In this document: positions 58,101 through 64,000 of the stretch, in pieces
Numbering within the stretch: the stretch's first letter is position 1
Layout of the letters: each line of letters begins with the position of its first letter
Assembly: GCA_965246715.1 (NCBI GenBank)
Contig: CBDFFH010000055.1
Coordinates: 1 to 64,000 of the forward strand
Reading direction: 5' to 3'
Length of the DNA stretch: 64,000 bases
Source: Chamaesiphon sp.
GTDB lineage: Bacteria; Cyanobacteriota; Cyanobacteriia; Cyanobacteriales; Chamaesiphonaceae
The notes under the pieces: model-generated
Told to the model about the DNA's origin: nothing
Databases searched by the model: none
The model's input: only the letters and a program-made list of their open reading frames with translations
Position numbers and translations under genes: made by a program

Positions 58101-60725
58101 AATATTATCATTTTGGTTAGTCCCAGTAATATTGAACTTCTCAATATTTGAATAGATAACGCGATCGTAACCGCTAGCATTCCCAGCATAAAAATCACCA
58201 GCACCAGTGCCCAAATTCTGGCTATTAACAACTAGTCCAGAAGTATATGCCTTAGCAGAATAATCTAAGACTAAAGTATCGGTACCAGCACCACCATCAA
58301 CACTATCGTACTGATTGATATTGCCATCACTCGTACCAGGATTGAGAATGTCATCGCCATTTCCACCAGTAATCGTATCTACACCACCTCCAGCACTGAT
58401 GGTGTCATTATCATCGCCGCCACTGAGATTATCAGCTCCGCTTCCAGCCGTAATCGTGTCGTTACCAGCTCCGCCAATGACGATATTAGTACCATTTTTG
58501 ACATCGATAATATCGTTACCAGCACCACCATCGACAGTATCGTTAAAGTCACCAGCAATAACCGTATCATTACCACTCCCAAGCTTGAGATCGACTGCTT
58601 CAATATTAAGTAGCTGAGTGCCATTAGCTAACGTATTTGTGGTGTTACTTAGATCGATATTGTTGGCAATTGCGGTACTAGAAATATCAGTTTTGGCAGT
58701 ATCATTACCAGTACCACCATCGATAATATCGATACCACCATTGCCATTAAGCATATCGTTACCAGCACCACCAATTAAAATATCGTTTTGGCTGCCACCA
58801 GCAATATTGTCATTTTGGTTAGTACCAGTAATATTTAACTTCTCGATATTAGAATAGATAACGCGATCGTAACCGCTAGCATTCCCAGCATAAAAATCAC
58901 CAGCACCAGTGCCCAAATTCTGGCTATTAACAACTAGTCCAGAAGTATATGTCTTAGCAGAATAATCTAAGACTAAAGTATCGGTACCAGCACCACCATC
59001 AACACTATCGTACTGATTGATATTGCCATCGCTCGTACCAGGATTGAGAATGTCATCGCCATTTCCACCAGTAATCGTATCTACACCAGCACCACCAGAA
59101 ATGGTGTCATTGCCATCGCCACCAGCGAGATTATCATTACCAGTACCCGCAGTAATGGTGTCATTACCCAATCCACCCGTAACAACGTTAGTGCCATCTT
59201 TGACATCAATGATATCATTGCCATCACCACCATCGACAGTATCGTTAAAGTTACCAGCAAGGACTGTATCATTGCCACTACCCAACTTAATATTTATAGC
59301 CTCAATATTAAGTAATTGTGTCCCATTTGACAGGGTATTATTAGCATTACTTAAATCGATAGTAGTAGCAGTTGTGGTACTCGCAATATCTACGACAGCC
59401 GTATCGTTACCAATCCCACCATCGATCGTATCTACGCCAGTATGCCCATCGAGCGTATCATTACCCGCACCACCGATTAAAATATCATTAGAATTACCGC
59501 CAGAAATATTATCATTTTGGTTAGTCCCAGTAATATTGAACTTCTCAATATTTGAATAGATAACCCGATCGTAACCGCTAGCATTCCCAGCATAAAAATC
59601 ACCAGTACCAGTAACTAAATTCTGACTATTAACAACTAGTCCAGAAGTATATGTCTTGGCAGAATAATCTAAGACTAAAGTATCGGTACCAGCACCACCA
59701 TCAACACTATCGTACTGATTGATATTGCCATCGCTCGTACCAGGATTGAGAATGTCATCGCCATTTCCACCAGTAATCGTATCTACACCAGCACCACCAG
59801 AAATGTTGTCATTGCCATCCAACCCACTCAGGGTATCATTACCCGCTAACCCGGTAATCGTATCGTCGCCATTAGTACCCGTGATGTTGTCATTGCCACT
59901 CGTACCAGGAAAATCTGCCAGTACTCCCTGATAATCAGTCATCGCACCCGCACTAAAAGCTAGCGGTACCGATGCGGCTAAATTCCAATCGCCACCCAAC
60001 GCTGGATTGCCTGTCTTCGTTTCCTTGGCAATTACCCGCGTCTGAGTTAGTTCTTGCAGCCACCATACCAGTGCAGCACCACGCTCTGCCTGCGCCACTT
60101 CACAACCGTAAATCAAAATCTCCGCATCTGCTGCCAAAGACTTCGACCACGATCGCAAGCTGTCGGTGTACTCAGCTAGGGTATTCAAATCCAGACACTT
60201 ATTGCCTAACTCGATCGATCCCGATCCACCGTGAGAGACGATATGAATCGCTGTCAAGCCGCTGTGACACGCTAAAACATCGGTAATGCGATCGATCCCA
60301 TCTCGCGCTACATCCAGCAAAACAGTCTCGATCCCAGGCAATACACCCGCAGTCAGTAAGCGGTAATCTGTGATATTTCGATCGATAAAGACAATCTGTG
60401 TTGGTGCGATCGCCAGTTCGGCACCTCGTTCGCGTAGCGTCTGCGAAGCAGAATCGAGTAATGCTTGCGATAGATAGATCCGATCGGTACTCGCACCATA
60501 AGCACCCTGCGCCGTTCCCAGCACATCCGCGCTGACAATCTCGATCTCTGGCAAGCTCTCAAATTGCCCAGCCAGCCATTGCTGTCGGATCTGGACTAAT
60601 TTAACGCGATCGAATTCTTTCCCAAAAGTACTTGCGATCGTGTCCATAAAATTTGGGCGATCGGCAAAATAGCTGAGTCGATCGGAAGTAACTGCTAGGG
60701 CGCGCGCAAACAATGTAGTGGTCAT
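49140..60725 (-). CDS. Giant surface/adhesin protein: DUF4347 + RTX (hemolysin-type Ca-binding) repeats + Calx-beta array
   Basis: About 3860 aa from ATG 60725; DUF4347 (IHIVSHG, LIYGCEVA, LGGDWNL), many GGxGNDxL repeats, Calx-beta units (VTVDYxTxDGTA, DYxxxxGTVTFAPG, ATGTIxNDD), C-terminal RFIYNSQSGGLFFDADG. Confidence 0.93.
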   Translation of the reverse strand: MTTTLFARALAVTSDRLSYFADRPNFMDTIASTFGKEFDRVKLVQIRQQWLAGQFESLPEIEIVSADVLGTAQGAYGASTDRIYLSQALLDSASQTLRERGAELAIAPTQIVFIDRNITDYRLLTAGVLPGIETVLLDVARDGIDRITDVLACHSGLTAIHIVSHGGSGSIELGNKCLDLNTLAEYTDSLRSWSKSLAADAEILIYGCEVAQAERGAALVWWLQELTQTRVIAKETKTGNPALGGDWNLAASVPLAFSAGAMTDYQGVLADFPGTSGNDNITGTNGDDTITGLAGNDTLSGLDGNDNISGGAGVDTITGGNGDDILNPGTSDGNINQYDSVDGGAGTDTLVLDYSAKTYTSGLVVNSQNLVTGTGDFYAGNASGYDRVIYSNIEKFNITGTNQNDNISGGNSNDILIGGAGNDTLDGHTGVDTIDGGIGNDTAVVDIASTTTATTIDLSNANNTLSNGTQLLNIEAINIKLGSGNDTVLAGNFNDTVDGGDGNDIIDVKDGTNVVTGGLGNDTITAGTGNDNLAGGDGNDTISGGAGVDTITGGNGDDILNPGTSDGNINQYDSVDGGAGTDTLVLDYSAKTYTSGLVVNSQNLGTGAGDFYAGNASGYDRVIYSNIEKLNITGTNQNDNIAGGSQNDILIGGAGNDMLNGNGGIDIIDGGTGNDTAKTDISSTAIANNIDLSNTTNTLANGTQLLNIEAVDLKLGSGNDTVIAGDFNDTVDGGAGNDIIDVKNGTNIVIGGAGNDTITAGSGADNLSGGDDNDTISAGGGVDTITGGNGDDILNPGTSDGNINQYDSVDGGAGTDTLVLDYSAKAYTSGLVVNSQNLGTGAGDFYAGNASGYDRVIYSNIEKFNITGTNQNDNISGGNSNDILIGGAGNDTLDGHTGVDTIDGGSGNDTAVVDIASTTTATTIDLSNANNTLSNGTQLLNIEAINIKLGSGNDTVLAGNFNDTVDGGDGNDIIDVKDGTNVVTGGLGNDTITAGTGNDNLAGGDGNDTISGGAGVDTITGGNGDDILNPGTSDGNINQYDSVDGGAGTDTLVLDYSAKAYTSGLVVNSQNLGTGAGDFYAGNASGYDRVIYSNIEKVNITGTNQNDNISGGNQNDILIGGKGNDTINGNAGNDTIIGVNNSDTNPGNAEIDTFTGGADNDIFVLAANGKDFYATSGNGDYAKITDFSLTQDVIQLRGAATDYSVTATTIGGVTAPSTALYRGTELIAVLRGIDNTTIDLTSKAFSYTDSTVLNDTPPIVNIVKAVSQNEGNTGTSIANFAVTLSNPSTKTVVVPYSTADGTATTSNSDYVGTTIGSLTFQPGETSKNISVVINGDTAFESDETFTVTLGTPTNATLGTTIISTGTIRNDDLPTITIVATDAIAAETLTGETPNPGQFTLTRSGPTDKALDVAYNITGTSDRYEDYTLSSYFTARFAAGVSSVVIDLNVNDDNIFEGAAPETAILTIAPHDNPSLYPSAYGDAYAVGTANSATVTIADNDNRPTISITDAASVTEGNSGTMDSYFTVTLSNPSTEPVTVDYKTTDGTATLAGNDYTSTTGTVTFAPGILGKTIVVPVKGDVLVEGDETFTVDLSNAKNVTSITRSTATGTILNDDTYPTISISDAPAITEGNTGTKNAAFTVKLDHATGEAVTVQISTTDGTATIANNDYQALTNRLITFAPGTTSQVVNVAVNGDTEYEDNETFGVVLSSPTKGSIAKATAIGTINNDDVPTITVVANDASAAETLTGETAKPGQFTLTRSGPNAAALTNIQYTLTGTATKDKDYSVTGVAAFAAGSSTMVVDLNVIDDNIFEGATPEAAILTVVSNGYRVITEFGSGGNAVSYYDVPSTYVFGATATVDITDNDSRPTISIADVSKVEGNSGTSNAAFTVTLSNPSIETVTVDYKTSDGTATVAGNDYTTATGTVTFAPSTTSQVINVPITGDIIVEGDETFAVNLSNAKNATTITRSTATGTILNDDNGINVSVTNPNAAEGGANGVYTLTRTGSLTNALAVAYTLSGTAIAGSDYQPVTGIATFAAGAATTSVNLTVIDDTIFEGATPETVILTLTPSGNYAIGVNTGTINIADNDSRPTISVSNISIAEGNTGSSNAGFIVSLSNASVETVTVNLSTVDGTATTANNDYQALTNQLVTFTPGQTSKVANVAINGDLTFEPNETFGVVLSSATNGSISSIAGTGTGTIVNDDLPTISVAVTDANAAETLAGQPVNTGEFTFTRVGGEGAAKTFLYTLSGTANGSDYSIPGAVTFAAGITTATVTLSPTDDNIFEGATPETAILTLIDDSYYDGSYYSTHQYDRPATYRVDPANNTGMINIADNDSRPTISINNISLNEGNSGTTNAIFTVTLSNPSVETVTVDYSTANGSATAGSDYTASTGTVTFAPGQTTKTINISVIGDLTGEPDETFTVNLTNPQNATGITTATGTATIVNDDALVTVSSTANGAEGGSAGQFTFTRAGATTAPLTVNYTLSGTATNGSDYTIPVNATFAAGSNTALVNLNVIDDSIFEGITPETAILTLNSGTDYTVGVAASAIVTIADNDSRPTISVGNIAVAEGNTGSSNAGFIVSLSNASTETVTVNLSTVDGAATTANNDYQAVTNQLVTFTPGQTSQVVNVAINGDLTFEANETFGVVLNGATNGSISSTAGTGTGTIVNDDLPTISFAVTDANAAETLAGQPANTGEFTFTRVGGESVAKTFLYTLSGTANGSDYSIPGSVTFAAGSTTATVTLAPIDDNIFEGASPETAILTLIDDSYYDGSYYSTHQFDRPATYRVDPANNTGTIKIVDNDLRPTVTISDATQLEGTSVNNLGFNISLSNPTVETVTVNYNTADGTATIVGTPDFDPDYLGVTNGLVTFNPGETSKTINIAVNGDRDFESDETFTVNLSNSQNTSGIDRVTATGTIRNDDTLPVITIVATNSTSTEGVGEGLFTFTRTGGNPDRSLTVDFDLSGNATTRQGYGTRSGSITFAPGSNTATLGVPVGNNNVFNAYRSCVVTLRGGSSYSIGGGGAGGGGGGGGGGGGGGGGGAGGGGGSATVNIIDNDTAPVISIDDVSILEGDSGTKDLIFTVSLSNASDDFVTVDYGTADNTATAISDYLAKTGTLSFDPSELIAGTTTFTPGETSKTIIVKINGDTDIETNETFKLNLTNAVGGTIGKATGTGTIVNDDTAPGVPALPTLTVSVPDADAGEPNNNGRFLVTRTGSLTDTLTATYTIGGTATAGSDYQSLTGTVTFAANAATAAIDVNVLDDTSYEGATPETIVLNLSASATYNLGTISLGTVNITDDEIAPVVNPLLPVVTIVATNSTSTEGIGEGLFTFTRTGDTSNPLTVDFDLSGNATTRQGYGTRSGSITFASGSTTATLGVPVANNNVYNAYRSCVVTLRPNIGYAIGTGGTGSGGSGSGSGGGSGSGSGSGSGSGGSGGTGGTGGSGGGSATVTIVDKDPIPTLSINDVSILEGDSGTKDLTFTVTLSSASDDFVTVDYGTADRTATATNDYITKTGSLSFAPSELIAGTTTFTAGETSKTIVIKINGDTNFESDEIFNVNLSNAVGATIGKGTGVGTILNDDTIDPKLSISNVTLAEDNCDVTDFGFQITLDRASTKTVSVKYTTADGTATGGSDYTATTGILTFAPGETSKIVNISVTGDRTFEADETFKLDLSNAVNASIVTPSATGTILNDDLLPTLSGTEGADRIFGFTTDDIIFGNGGNDTIYGGAGNDIIFGGAGVDLIYGGAGNDTFGFNNPNEGIDKIYDFVAGEDRLTFCRCCFGDDAAFGSDPVGTLSAERFGIGSFATTASQRFIYNSQSGGLFFDADGIDGTSQVRIAQLVGNPTLTSNNFTLF
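57350..59800 (-). repeat. Intragenic 702-bp tandem repeat (about 3.5 units) in the RTX region
   Basis: Antisense ORFs begin at 57613, 58315, 59017 and 59719 (period 702); the units at 57613 and 59017 are nearly identical. Confidence 0.9.
60429..60452 (+). repeat. 24-nt CGATCG-inserted small repeat, in frame within the giant CDS
   Basis: CG|TTCGCGTAGCGTCTGCGAAGCAGA|ATCG adds SASQTLRE. Confidence 0.7.
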
Positions 60726-61043
60726 CGGATTTTCGTAAGTAAAAAGTAGCAGACTTCGATCGTTAGCGTATATCTTTACACTAAGTAAATATCCTTCTCC
60801 TACCAATAATACCCACGATTACCCTGATTGATAACCTCAAAAAGTCACTAAAAAGTCACTACTTTTTCGCAAGAGACTAGCGGCAAGCGAGTCATATGGT
60901 ATATTTGCTTAGACGATCGCGGTTGCATGAGTCGCAGGAAATAGCCCAAAATCTCTTCTGTTGGGGCTTTGCATGGTAAACCGACTTTTTTCAGCCAAAT
61001 TGCATTCCTTACCACCCTCACGACTGAAATTAGCCCCTTTGCA

Positions 61044-64000
61044 ATGCAGCTAGACCGAGCCATCAAATTTACCAATCGGCTGCTTACGAATAGTCGTCAG
61101 CGCGAACTCTCCGAAATAGAACTAGTTGCCTTCACGGGGATCTGGACGGATATCTCCTACCAAGAGTCCAGCCTGACCTCCAATTACGAGATGGTCACGA
61201 TCAAAAATAACGCTTCCAAGTTATTGCAAGATCTGTCTGAAGCGCTCGGCGAGCGTGTAGCAAAAAAAAATTGTAAAAGTATCATCCTCCGACTCGCAAG
61301 TACCAATGAGGGACGAGTAGATTTAGCCGATGCCCCGACAGATATTCAACCTTTTTGCGGTCGGGATGCAGAACTGGAAAAGTTAACCGCTTGGTTGACG
61401 ATCGATCGCTGTAAACTTATCGGTATTCTCGGCATCGGTGGGATCGGTAAAACTGCGGTAGCTGCTAGATTGAGCGATCTAGATCTGACTGAAGACTTCG
61501 ATCTAGTTATCTGGCGATCGCTGCGCGAGGCACCACCACTCCAGCAATTATTGGGTGAGTTAATTCAATTTCTCTCCGAATTTACCGAAATAGAAGTACC
61601 CAAAAGTAGCGATCGGGCGATCGCCAGATTGCTATATTATTTGCGGCAAAAACGGTGTTTGCTTCTACTCGATAATATCGAGGCGATTATGGAAGCTGGC
61701 GATTTTGCAGGTAACTATCGATCGGGCTATGGTGACTATGGGCAGCTATTTCAGACGATCGGTACCACCCGCCATCAAAGTTGTCTGTTATTTACCAGTC
61801 GCGAACCGCCGCCAGAACTTGCCGAACTTGCAGGTGAAGATTTGCCCGTCCGCGCGCTCTATCTCGCGGGTCTGGATGATGCCGCGCAGTTATTACTCGC
61901 CAAAATTGGCTTAGATGGCAGTGAGAGCCAACTTTTAGCGATTGCCGAGCGGTGTCAAGGTAATCCGCTCTACTTGCGGATCGTCGCGAATACGATCGTC
62001 CATAGTTTTGACTCGCAAATCGAGAACTTTTTAGCTGCCAACCAATATACTTACGGTAAAATTGCCTTCGTCCTCCAAGCTCAGCTCGAACGGCTCTCTC
62101 CGGCGGAAAAACTGATTATCTATTATTTAGCGATCGGTCGCGAATCGATCGCGATCGAGAGTTTGGAGCGGCATCTCCAACCGCTGGGATATGCCGGAAA
62201 TATCGTCCAAACGATCGATTCGCTCCAACAACGCTCCTTAATCGAAGTCACCCAGAGTCAACGTTATACCCTCCAAAATGTGGTAATGGAATTTATGACT
62301 GGGGCGATAATTCACGAGTTAGCGATCGAGCTAGGTGAAGATCGCGATCTGTTTTTTTTTAACAGTTTAGCGCTCTATCCAGCCAGTTCGCCGACCTACG
62401 TGCGGGAGATTCAACAGCGGTTGCTTCTCAATCCGCTCATCGTTCGATTGAGCGCACAGCCAGTCAGAGGATCGGGACTGGAACGTTGTCATCACCTACT
62501 CCAGCGCTGGCGGCAAGCGGGGTTGACTCCAGGTTATGCAGTCGGGAATATTATAAATCTGTTATTAGCTCTGGGAGCCAATCTCCAAGGCTATGATTTT
62601 GCCAATTTGTATATCGCCGAGGTAGACTTTCAGGAATTGCAGTTACATCGCGTCAACTTTACCAATAGTCGATTCGATCGATGTCGCTTTTCCCAGTCGA
62701 TGGGGACGATTTTACATATTACCTTTAGCCCAGATGGTAAATATCTCGCCGCCTGCGATACCAATTTTCAGATTAAAATTTGGGATGTCGCCACCAATCA
62801 AGAAATCGCTCTCCTGCTCGGACATCAAAGCTGGGTCTGGCACGTTCAATTTAGTCATGATGGCAGATATCTCCTCAGCGGTAGCAGCGATCGCACGATG
62901 CGGATTTGGGAAGTTGCTAGTGGGAACTGTCTCCAAGTACTAAGCGGACATCAAGATTGGGTGTGGCGGGTGGCGTTTAGTCTCAATAGTAAACTGGCAA
63001 TCAGCATTGGAGCCGATCGCTATATCAAAATCTGGTGGTGGCGGACTGGACGCAATTTACTGACATTTAAAGTCCCCGATGCCCAAGTACGGGATGGTAC
63101 CTTTCATGGGAAACGCGGGTTGCTCGCCGTTTGTGGTGGCGAAGGGATTAAAATTTGGCAAATTTGGACGGGTCGGCGCATCCAGAAAATTGCGACTGCT
63201 AATGCCCTCAACCTGCGACTGATTTCCTTCAGCCCTGACGGAAGAACGCTAGTGGCAGCGAGTTTCACCTGCGAAATCCACTGTTGGGACATCGATAGCG
63301 GTCGCCATCTTGTGACACTATACGGACATCCCACCCAAATATTTGAAGTCAACTACGATGATGCGGGACAAATTATCTCCACTTGCTTAGAACAAGTACG
63401 GGTATGGAATCTGACGACGGGCACCTGTACCAAAACCATTAACTTGGCGCGGGATTGCGGGAAGGGAGTCGCCTATCGCTCGCCCCTAATTGTCACGGGT
63501 AGCGATAATGGGGTAGTTAAATTCTGGAATTTAGAAACAGGGAGATGTTTGCAAACCTCCACTGGTAACGCGCCCCGCGTGATGGAAGTAGCTGTCGCTC
63601 CCCACAGTCGGATCGTTGCCAGTAGCAAGGATGATGGGACATTACAACTATGGGATTTGAACGCACCGTTGGTGCGAGATTGTCTACCCCCCGTCCGAGT
63701 GGAACGCGGTCATCGTGGGATGTCAACATCGCTAGCTTTTAGTCCGAATGGTCGATTGCTAGCGAGTACGGGAAGCGATCGCGTTATCAATATTTGGGAT
63801 GTCAGTCGAGGTCAAATTCTTCAGTCGTTAACCGGACATACCGATTATGTGGTGCAGTTATTATTTGTAGACGATCGCACGTTGCTCAGTCGGAGCTATG
63901 ATGCAACGATCCGTGAGTGGAATTTGACAACTGGCGAATATGTGGTGTTGAATCTGCTCGAACGCCAATGGTGTATGGTCTTGGCACAATCTCTCGATGG
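61044..64000 (+). CDS. NB-ARC STAND NTPase with N-terminal HTH-like domain, pentapeptide linker and WD40 repeats; 3' end runs off the window
   Basis: Manual translation from ATG 61044: FCGRDAEL, Walker A LGIGGIGKT, WRSLREAP, Walker B LLLLDNIE, LFTSRE, CQGNPL, GYAVGNIINLL, then WD repeats (GHQSWVWHVQFSHDG, GHTDYV). Confidence 0.93.
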   Translation, partial: MQLDRAIKFTNRLLTNSRQRELSEIELVAFTGIWTDISYQESSLTSNYEMVTIKNNASKLLQDLSEALGERVAKKNCKSIILRLASTNEGRVDLADAPTDIQPFCGRDAELEKLTAWLTIDRCKLIGILGIGGIGKTAVAARLSDLDLTEDFDLVIWRSLREAPPLQQLLGELIQFLSEFTEIEVPKSSDRAIARLLYYLRQKRCLLLLDNIEAIMEAGDFAGNYRSGYGDYGQLFQTIGTTRHQSCLLFTSREPPPELAELAGEDLPVRALYLAGLDDAAQLLLAKIGLDGSESQLLAIAERCQGNPLYLRIVANTIVHSFDSQIENFLAANQYTYGKIAFVLQAQLERLSPAEKLIIYYLAIGRESIAIESLERHLQPLGYAGNIVQTIDSLQQRSLIEVTQSQRYTLQNVVMEFMTGAIIHELAIELGEDRDLFFFNSLALYPASSPTYVREIQQRLLLNPLIVRLSAQPVRGSGLERCHHLLQRWRQAGLTPGYAVGNIINLLLALGANLQGYDFANLYIAEVDFQELQLHRVNFTNSRFDRCRFSQSMGTILHITFSPDGKYLAACDTNFQIKIWDVATNQEIALLLGHQSWVWHVQFSHDGRYLLSGSSDRTMRIWEVASGNCLQVLSGHQDWVWRVAFSLNSKLAISIGADRYIKIWWWRTGRNLLTFKVPDAQVRDGTFHGKRGLLAVCGGEGIKIWQIWTGRRIQKIATANALNLRLISFSPDGRTLVAASFTCEIHCWDIDSGRHLVTLYGHPTQIFEVNYDDAGQIISTCLEQVRVWNLTTGTCTKTINLARDCGKGVAYRSPLIVTGSDNGVVKFWNLETGRCLQTSTGNAPRVMEVAVAPHSRIVASSKDDGTLQLWDLNAPLVRDCLPPVRVERGHRGMSTSLAFSPNGRLLASTGSDRVINIWDVSRGQILQSLTGHTDYVVQLLFVDDRTLLSRSYDATIREWNLTTGEYVVLNLLERQWCMVLAQSLD

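Noticed and set aside
49531..60562. Many short ORFs over the giant gene
   Set aside because: Antisense or alternate-frame products of repetitive RTX/Calx-beta codons.

Overview
Cyanobacterial chromosomal window: it carries cpcBA/cpcE, groESL with CIRCE, and very dense HIP1 GCGATCGC/CGATCG sites. A Chamaesiphon-like host is an inference. Core genes (groES-groEL, arfB, ahcY, PGM/PMM, cpcBA-cpcE) are interleaved with accessory blocks. (1) At the left edge a small helical protein and the adjacent NACHT-transmembrane NLR share a near-identical N/Q/G-rich 12-residue motif (effector C-terminus, NLR N-terminus), the architecture of amyloid-signalling immune pairs. (2) A metal region contains an RppA/RppB (NrsR/S-like) two-component pair, an RND adaptor and CusA/CzcA permease split by 8.5 kb, a cobalamin riboswitch over cbtB plus an unknown membrane protein, and a His-rich lipoprotein. 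(3) The block splitting the RND genes is a DUF4331-TPR-HupE/UreJ-PEP-CTERM-ECF sigma/anti-sigma cassette bounded by an exact 18-bp direct repeat, with two copies of an ECF-type promoter motif. (4) A decaying 4.4-kb LysR/DJ-1/SDR islet is bounded by 271-bp direct repeats. (5) An 11.6-kb DUF4347/RTX/Calx-beta surface-protein gene lies divergent from an NB-ARC-WD40 gene at the right edge. MITEs, REP-like palindromes, heptamer repeats and 24-nt CGATCG-targeting inserts also occur. No rRNA, tRNA or CRISPR array was recognised.
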